Origin: Escherichia phage vB_EcoM_PHB13
DNA length: 64,000 bases
Direction: 5' to 3' (one strand)
Sequence record: MK573636
This document shows positions 58,210-64,000 of the stretch, one piece after another (position 1 is the first letter of the stretch; every line of letters begins with the position of its first letter). The notes under the pieces are model-generated. The model saw only the letters and a program-made list of their open reading frames with translations. It was not told the origin of the DNA and made no database searches. The position numbers were made by a program, and so were the translations under genes.

Positions 58210-58774
58210 GTGGCAAAAACAAAATTTTGGGATATCGAGACACAGAAAGCGATAAAAGGTAGATTTTATCATGTTGATGGAATATTATACCATTTAAAGG
58301 ATTCTGTATCTGCTGGATTCCGAAAAGAAGGGTCCAGATACAAAAAAAGGTGATGTGGTAAGGGTACGTCTCCATAAAGAAGGATATTTATACTTTACAT
58401 TTTATAACAATGGTCATAAACTTAATCTGTTTGTACATAGAGTTGTCTGGTTTTTAGAGTATGGTACTCAGGTTGAACTAATAGATCACATAGACCAAGA
58501 CAAAACTAACAATAGACCGTCAAACATGAGAGAAGCAACAGAACAGCAAAATCAGTTTAACGTCTCAAAGAAAAAGGCTTGCCATAGCAAATATAAAGGT
58601 GTATCATTATCAACAAGCAAGAAAAAGCCGTGGAAGGCGTATATTGTTATCAATCGAAAGAATATACATCTAGGATACTTTGAGACAGAAGTTGAGGCGG
58701 CTAAGGCTTATGACCGTGCAGCACATGAAAGAGTTGGCGAGTATGCTTATTTAAATTTTCCAAAAAGAGGATGA
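58210..58774 (+). pseudogene. HNH-AP2 homing endonuclease split by frameshift at an A7 tract (N-terminal fragment about 58210..58353, HNH+AP2 portion 58355..58774)
   Basis: HNH motif HRVVWFL...IDHIDQDKTNNRPSNMRE and AP2-like YKGVS...WKAYI...GYFETEVEAAKAYD; removing one A near 58342-58348 joins the frames. Confidence 0.5.
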
Positions 58775-58780
58775 TATATT

Positions 58781-58966
58781 ATGGTTAAAGTTGATTTGTC
58801 AGAAGGTGCAAAATGGGTAGTTGACAGAATCCCTGATAAGGATTATAATTATTTCCGTGCCGAATTAAACAATGCAATTCTGCGAGTTATGGAAAAGTAC
58901 GGGTATGACCGTGAAGTATCTAACTCGTTTGGTGAATATGTTGTTGTGAGAGTGGAGAGAACTTAA
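58781..58966 (+). CDS. hypothetical protein
   Basis: ORF track, 61 aa. Confidence 0.35.
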   Translation: MVKVDLSEGAKWVVDRIPDKDYNYFRAELNNAILRVMEKYGYDREVSNSFGEYVVVRVERT

Positions 58967-58968
58967 TT

Positions 58969-59916
58969 ATGACGTATAACCCGTTTACAAAAACTACCGC
59001 TACACTTAATGATTTCTTCGATGATCCAGAAGATAAACTGCCGGAAGGTGTGCATTTGATTGATATGTCGCAGCTTATGATTGCTACTATCTCGCATACC
59101 TTTAAACCGGAAGATCCTATTAGTGAAGGTATGATCCGTCATCTTATTCTTGACACCATGCGTTATAATATGACAAAATTCAAAGAGCAATACCCAATTA
59201 CGGTACTTGCCTTTGATTCAAGCAAAGGTTACTGGCGACGTGATATCGCACCTTACTATAAACGCAACCGTAAGGAAAAACGAGACGCAGATCCGCGTGA
59301 TTGGGAGATGATCTTTGCTGCGATCAATAAGATCACCGAAGAGTTTAAAGAGAACATGCCTTATCACGTTATTAAGGTTGACAAAGTTGAAGCAGATGAT
59401 ATAATCGCTGTGTTAACTAAAAAGTTTTCTGTAGAAGGTCGCCAGGTGCTAATCAACTCCGGTGATGGTGACTACACACAGTTGCACAAATACAAAAACG
59501 TGAAACAGTGGGCACCAGTACAGAAAACATGGAAGAAGTGCAAATATGGTAGCCCATACAAAGACCTTATGGTAAAATGTGTTAAGGGTGACGCAAAAGA
59601 CGGTGTAGCTTCTATCAAGTGCCGTAGTGATTTCATTATCTCACGACTGGAAGGGGAACGAGCTAAACCAATTGCAACCAAATGGTTAGAGCAAATTTTC
59701 GATGCCGAAGATCCAAAGTCTTTGATGACAGAGGAAGAAGCACGACGCTTTGACGAAAACCGCGAACTTATTGATTTTGAATTTATTCCTGATAACATCG
59801 AATATGAAATTTTGTTAGCATGGGAGAAATCTAAACCAGCACCACGCGGTAAAATTTATAACTATTTTGTAACAAATGCGTTAGTTAAAATGTTGCAGAA
59901 AATTGGTGAGTTCTAA
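58969..59916 (+). CDS. rnh: RNase H (5'-3' exonuclease, FEN family)
   Basis: strong similarity to T4 RNase H (GYWRRD, EADDIIAVLTKKFS, GDGDYTQLHKY, PRGKIYNYFV). Confidence 0.85.
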   Translation: MTYNPFTKTTATLNDFFDDPEDKLPEGVHLIDMSQLMIATISHTFKPEDPISEGMIRHLILDTMRYNMTKFKEQYPITVLAFDSSKGYWRRDIAPYYKRNRKEKRDADPRDWEMIFAAINKITEEFKENMPYHVIKVDKVEADDIIAVLTKKFSVEGRQVLINSGDGDYTQLHKYKNVKQWAPVQKTWKKCKYGSPYKDLMVKCVKGDAKDGVASIKCRSDFIISRLEGERAKPIATKWLEQIFDAEDPKSLMTEEEARRFDENRELIDFEFIPDNIEYEILLAWEKSKPAPRGKIYNYFVTNALVKMLQKIGEF

Positions 59917-59926
59917 GGGTTGACAT

Positions 59927-60523
59927 ATGAAAGAACTTGAATTAAAATACTATGCACACTCACAAATTGGCGTCGAAACAATCTGTGATTTGTGGGTAGC
60001 AATGTATGACGGGTACAATCTAGTAGATCGTGCTAACACTCTAAAACACGAATTTTATTATGATACCGAAGATCATGCACTGCGTCGAAAAGGAATTTAT
60101 GCTAGACTTGACGTTAATAGATCATTGATCATGGTCAAAATAGGTGATAGTGAATCTGGACTCTTCAACCGAGAAGAAATTACTTTTTCAACAACGGATG
60201 ATTTCTATCACTATGTTGATAGTCTAGGCGTAAACTCCGACCTTATCATTCCTTTACTTCAAGTAATGACATACCGCAAGTCATTGACACTTGACCTTGA
60301 GGGTGCTATAGTGGAAATGTGCAAAGACACTTTCTATTATTGCAAAGTCGGCGAAGTAATGGGAGATGCTCACTATGAACTTGAGTTCGAGTTAAAATCA
60401 GGTGATGAAAAAGCACTTGACATTATCCGAGAAATGATGCTAGAATATGTTGGTGACGATTTAAGTCCTAGCGAAATTTCAAAAGCTGAACGTGGTTTTC
60501 AATTAATGACGAAAGAGGGTTAA
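59927..60523 (+). CDS. CYTH-domain protein (triphosphate tunnel metalloenzyme; class IV adenylate cyclase / thiamine-triphosphatase-like)
   Basis: N-terminal ExExK (MKELELK), YYDTEDHALRRKG, C-terminal YELEFEL; motif-level match to the CYTH family. Confidence 0.6.
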   Translation: MKELELKYYAHSQIGVETICDLWVAMYDGYNLVDRANTLKHEFYYDTEDHALRRKGIYARLDVNRSLIMVKIGDSESGLFNREEITFSTTDDFYHYVDSLGVNSDLIIPLLQVMTYRKSLTLDLEGAIVEMCKDTFYYCKVGEVMGDAHYELEFELKSGDEKALDIIREMMLEYVGDDLSPSEISKAERGFQLMTKEG

Positions 60524-60528
60524 ATATT

Positions 60529-60804
60529 ATGACTGAACAGAAAAAAGAAAAAGTAGTATTCGATGAAAATGTACACGGAAATACCCTGGCACAACTGATT
60601 AAAGAAGCCAGCGATCAGAAAACCATTCAAGAAGCATACGGCGATAAGATCAAAGAGATCAAACAGCGTGCTAAAGAAGAATTAGGCGTAGACGGTAAAA
60701 TGTGGGGCATTCTGTTTAAACTGTATCACCAGCAACAGCGCGAAACCTTCGAAGCAGAACGCGATGAAGCGGTAGAACTCTATGATCGGGTGTTCAATGC
60801 TTAA
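60529..60804 (+). CDS. hypothetical protein (size and position compatible with T4 dsbA)
   Basis: ORF track, 91 aa. Confidence 0.3.
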   Translation: MTEQKKEKVVFDENVHGNTLAQLIKEASDQKTIQEAYGDKIKEIKQRAKEELGVDGKMWGILFKLYHQQQRETFEAERDEAVELYDRVFNA

Positions 60805-61051
60805 TGAACATGCGGTAAAAGCCGCGAATAAAACAGCAAACGGTCTTGCAATCGAAAAACTGGTTGTTGAAGAGGGATTGACCTATCTTGAAGCAACAAC
60901 TCAGTTTGTAGAGGAAAACTCTATCGAATATGGTCACTATCAGAAGTATATTCCGGTGTCCATTATTGACAAGATCACACAAGAATGTATAGTAAATAGA
61001 ACGCTCAGGAAGGGAGTGATCGACGAACCGACCAACACTCTCGATATTTAA
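60782..61051 (+). CDS. hypothetical protein (position compatible with late-transcription co-activator gp33)
   Basis: ORF track, 89 aa; position only. Confidence 0.3.
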   Translation: MIGCSMLNEHAVKAANKTANGLAIEKLVVEEGLTYLEATTQFVEENSIEYGHYQKYIPVSIIDKITQECIVNRTLRKGVIDEPTNTLDI

Positions 61052-61060
61052 GGGGTATGT

Positions 61061-61741
61061 ATGATCAGAAACCGTCTTCCTCCAGATCCAGATATGCGAA
61101 TTAATGCTAAATCTGTGTATATGTTATATTGCATGATGAAAGCTCATATGAACGGGCGTTATGATTGCGTAAAATACAATTGGAGGATGCGGTTGTCTGA
61201 TGCCGCATTCAATAAACGCAGAGATAAGTATTATTTCGCAAAATTAGCGGAAAAGTACAATCTAAGAGAACTATACTTCCTATTCCTAAGCAATCTGGTG
61301 GCTAATACCGATGCATGGGTAGGTGAAATCACTGATGTTGACGCATACGGCTTTTATATGGAATACATAGGAAAGATAACCGATGCAGCAACAAGATTTG
61401 ACGATGACATTAAAAGTCTGGTATACTTCTCCGAGAAACGCGGGGTTACTCTTAAAGAGCTAATTACATACAATCCCGCAACCGAAACAAGCGGTATCTT
61501 TAAACTACTGCAAAATCGGATTATATCGTTTGAGTCGTTTATGTTGTTAGATAGCTTTCTAAATATAATCGACGAACACGACAAGGTAGCCAAAGACTTG
61601 ATTTGGCAAACTTATAGTGTTAAAATGAAGGCGTACAAGAAACTACTTGTTATTGACGCCGCAAAAGCAAGAGCATTATTTGTTAAAGTAGTTAAAGAGT
61701 GTAAAGAAATATCTCAATTAAAAACCGAAACAAATAGTTGA
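61061..61741 (+). CDS. 59: helicase loader gp59
   Basis: strong similarity to T4 gp59 (NGRYDCVKYNWRMRLSDAAFNKRRDKYYF, ISFESFMLLDSFLNIIDEHD). Confidence 0.85.
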   Translation: MIRNRLPPDPDMRINAKSVYMLYCMMKAHMNGRYDCVKYNWRMRLSDAAFNKRRDKYYFAKLAEKYNLRELYFLFLSNLVANTDAWVGEITDVDAYGFYMEYIGKITDAATRFDDDIKSLVYFSEKRGVTLKELITYNPATETSGIFKLLQNRIISFESFMLLDSFLNIIDEHDKVAKDLIWQTYSVKMKAYKKLLVIDAAKARALFVKVVKECKEISQLKTETNS

Positions 61742-61766
61742 CAAGTAAATTTAAATCTGTATAATA
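61738..61766 (+). promoter_or_regulatory. sigma70-like promoter TTGACA-16bp-TATAAT upstream of gene 32, followed by AU-rich leader
   Basis: read directly. Confidence 0.4.
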
Positions 61767-61801
61767 ATCTAGTAAATTAATCAAAAGAAGGAATAGTGAA
61801 T

Positions 61802-62770
61802 ATGTTTAAACGCCAAGATTCTTCCAAACTGCAAGCTCAACTGGCCGCACTGAAAGGTGGCAACGGTTTCTCCAAAGAAGATCCGAAAGAGTGGAAGATT
61901 AAGACTGATGCAGCAGGTAACGGTGAAGCCCTGATTCGCTTCCTGCCGTCTAAGACAGAAGACGGTCTGCCGATTGTGAAACTGGTAAACCATTCCTTCA
62001 AAGTTAATGGCAAATGGTATTGGGAAAACTGCTCCAGCACCCACGGTGATTTTGATTCTTGCCCTGTGTGCAAATATATTAACGAAAAAGACCTGTACAA
62101 TACCGATAAAACAGAATGGCAACTGATTAAGCGTAAAGCGTCTTACTACGCAAATATTCTGGTACTGAAAGATCCTCAAGCACCAGAAAATGAAGGTAAG
62201 GTATTCAAATTCCGCTTCGGTCAGAAAATTTATGATAAGATCGTTGCAATGGTGAACGTGAATACCGATATGGGCGAAGTTCCGGTCGATGTAACTTGTG
62301 TGTTCTCTGGTGCTAACTTCCTCCTGAAAGCTAAGAAGGTTGATAAACACCAGAACTATGATGATTCTCGTTTCATGCAGCAATCACAGCTTCCGAAAAT
62401 TGAAGACGAAGCATATCAGAAATATCTGATGGAAAACATGGTTGATCTGAGTGAGATTGTAGCGCCTAGCCAGTTTAAACCGTTCGATGAACTGGAAACC
62501 AAATTTAAGAAAACTATGGGCGTTTCTATGGTAGCTGGTGCTGCGGCTTCCAGTGCTGCGGCAGCGATTAACAGCCAGCTTGACGATTTTGACGCACAGA
62601 TGAATGCATTCGATTCTGGTATGACCGCAGCTAGCACTGTAGTTGGTATTAACGCAGCTAGCACGGCGTTAGATTCTTCCGCTGATGACCTGATGGCATC
62701 GCTGGATCTGGGTGGCGGTACTTCCTCCGCTTCTGATCTGGATGATCTCGACGCTCTGTTAGGGATGTAA
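61802..62770 (+). CDS. 32: single-stranded DNA-binding protein gp32
   Basis: strong similarity to T4 gp32 (VIRFLPSK, zinc site [24 protein letters not shown]); start at ATG 61802. Confidence 0.9.
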   Translation: MFKRQDSSKLQAQLAALKGGNGFSKEDPKEWKIKTDAAGNGEALIRFLPSKTEDGLPIVKLVNHSFKVNGKWYWENCSSTHGDFDSCPVCKYINEKDLYNTDKTEWQLIKRKASYYANILVLKDPQAPENEGKVFKFRFGQKIYDKIVAMVNVNTDMGEVPVDVTCVFSGANFLLKAKKVDKHQNYDDSRFMQQSQLPKIEDEAYQKYLMENMVDLSEIVAPSQFKPFDELETKFKKTMGVSMVAGAAASSAAAAINSQLDDFDAQMNAFDSGMTAASTVVGINAASTALDSSADDLMASLDLGGGTSSASDLDDLDALLGM

Positions 62771-62780
62771 TGAATTTTAA

Positions 62781-62808
62781 AGCCTTCCTTCGGGGAGGCT
62801 TTTTTATT
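62781..62808 (+). terminator. intrinsic terminator AGCCTTCC-ttcg-GGGAGGCT plus T6
   Basis: read directly. Confidence 0.5.
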
Positions 62809-62834
62809 ACCTAAATTTTTATGAAAAAATATAT

Positions 62835-62862
62835 TGACATGCTGGCGCGGTAATGTATAATA
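62835..62862 (+). promoter_or_regulatory. sigma70-like promoter TTGACA-17bp-TATAAT
   Basis: read directly. Confidence 0.45.
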
Positions 62863-62896
62863 CACACATCGAAACAACGGAGGATAATATTATATT

Positions 62897-63226
62897 ATGT
62901 GGACTGTAGAACAAATCGTAGATGAAAAAGTAAGTATTATCTCGTGCGGCACTATTGAAGAATGCCTTAAAGCCGCTAATCGTGAATGTATTACGGTTTA
63001 TGAAGCCCGTCGCGGGGATGGTACTGTGTTAACCAGCGACTATCGATATGAACCAAAAATGATTACCTTTCGTTTTTGGGAAAATGGTGTTAATGTTGGG
63101 GTATCTCACTTAAAACGTTTTCGTGATTATTCTGACCGTTATTTCATCACACCGGATAACGGTCAAGAATTTAAGACAGCAATCACAGAAGAAAATGTAA
63201 ACGAAAACTATTTCAAACTGATTTGA
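62897..63226 (+). CDS. hypothetical protein
   Basis: ORF track, 109 aa. Confidence 0.4.
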   Translation: MWTVEQIVDEKVSIISCGTIEECLKAANRECITVYEARRGDGTVLTSDYRYEPKMITFRFWENGVNVGVSHLKRFRDYSDRYFITPDNGQEFKTAITEENVNENYFKLI

Positions 63227-63241
63227 TGGGAGATTTATATT

Positions 63242-63811
63242 ATGATTCAATGTGTATTTGCGATTGGTGACACTAAAATGTCAGATGAAAATTGGGCTTT
63301 TGGTTTTAAAGGCGGTTTACCGTGGGGTCGTCCAATCAAAAAGGACATGGAAAACTTTAAAATGCGCACTATGGGAGATGTTGACCTTGCGGCGGTGGTA
63401 ATGGGACGTAATACCTTTGAAAGTCTCCCTAAAGCACTGGAAGGACGTCTTAATGTGGTTATTAGCACCGATGCCAGTAAGCCGACACCAAAAGCTAAAA
63501 ACGGCGACCAGCCTAATGTGTATACTGGAATTGAATTAAAGGATCTGTTAAAAGTCCTGGAGAAAACGCAAGGTTTGGTAAGCGTTATCGGTGGACCTTC
63601 CCTAATTGAAAAAGCAGTTGACTTTGCGGACCGTATTGTGTTAACGTATGTTCAACGTTCAGGGACCAACGATCCATTGGAATATGATGTTGGAATCTCT
63701 AAGGATATGATTCAGGAATTATTTTTTGACTTTGCAACAAAAGAAGAACATAATTACTTCCTTGATGATTACCTGATCAGCGAACAAATTTTAGAACGTA
63801 AGAAGGCGTAA
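63242..63811 (+). CDS. frd: dihydrofolate reductase
   Basis: DHFR motifs GGLPW and VMGRNTFESLP. Confidence 0.8.
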   Translation: MIQCVFAIGDTKMSDENWAFGFKGGLPWGRPIKKDMENFKMRTMGDVDLAAVVMGRNTFESLPKALEGRLNVVISTDASKPTPKAKNGDQPNVYTGIELKDLLKVLEKTQGLVSVIGGPSLIEKAVDFADRIVLTYVQRSGTNDPLEYDVGISKDMIQELFFDFATKEEHNYFLDDYLISEQILERKKA

Positions 63812-63812
63812 C

Positions 63813-63904
63813 ATGAAAATTCTGACAGATTATGAGTGCAAACATTGTGGTGAATCTTTGATGTTTGCTGGTAGTCGGTGCTTACATTGCGGACGGGAAC
63901 AATA
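63813..63904 (+). CDS. tiny zinc-ribbon peptide (about 30 aa; CKHCG...CLHCG)
   Basis: not in track. Confidence 0.2.
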
Positions 63905-64000
63905 ATGAAAGTCGGTATTATTCAATTATGGACGGCTACCAGTGAAAACTACGCAGTAGCCGTAGATTATTACGGTTTACAATATCTCTATGATGAAGCG
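63905..64000 (+). CDS. 5' end of an ORF truncated by the window edge (MKVGIIQLWTATSENYAVAVDYYG...); not thymidylate-synthase-like
   Basis: read directly; incomplete. Confidence 0.2.
   Translation, partial: MKVGIIQLWTATSENYAVAVDYYGLQYLYDEA

Noticed and set aside
61781-62383. 200-aa minus-strand ORF inside gene 32
   Set aside because: Antisense to the highly conserved gp32 coding sequence.
63905-64000. Thymidylate synthase (td) expected after frd by T4 synteny
   Set aside because: The partial ORF N-terminus (MKVGIIQLWTATSENYAV...) does not resemble thymidylate synthase; too short to call.
1-64000. CRISPR arrays, tRNA or rRNA genes
   Set aside because: No regular direct-repeat/spacer arrays and no cloverleaf-like sequences seen in intergenic regions; the repeats present are promoter/terminator hairpins and coding-sequence duplications.

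Overview
This window reads as a contiguous segment of a T4-like (Tevenvirinae-type) myovirus genome. All calls are by eye from the ORF track and sequence (no searches run); several core proteins were compared against T4 sequences recalled from memory. Coordinates of non-CDS elements are approximate (about +/-3 nt), and adjusted CDS starts are derived from the track frame. Layout: (1) 1-47.5 kb, + strand, the early/middle replication-recombination-nucleotide metabolism module in T4 synteny (nrdD, nrdG, nrdC-like, 55, 47, 46, 45, 44, 62, regA, 43, uvsX, 41, 61, 56, dda, dexA, 39 fused with 60, rIIA, rIIB, 52), interspersed with many small unknown ORFs; (2) 47.6-58.2 kb, - strand, holin t and long tail fibre genes 37, 36, 35, 34; (3) 58.2-64 kb, + strand, rnh, 59, 32, frd. 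Notable accessory content: a repeat-domain paralogous family of at least 7 genes, a CYTH (triphosphate-tunnel) enzyme, a periplasmic DUF1311-like protein, a possible Tad2-like (DUF2829-like) protein, a possible Mod-like ADP-ribosyltransferase behind an SD-sequestering hairpin, two HNH endonucleases (one split by a frameshift at an A7 tract), a codon-atypical P-loop NTPase, and about 15 sigma70-like early promoters, many with a stem-loop in the spacer. Within the window there is no dCMP hydroxymethylase, no alpha/beta-glucosyltransferase and no motA/asiA at their T4 positions. No tRNA, rRNA or CRISPR array was seen.
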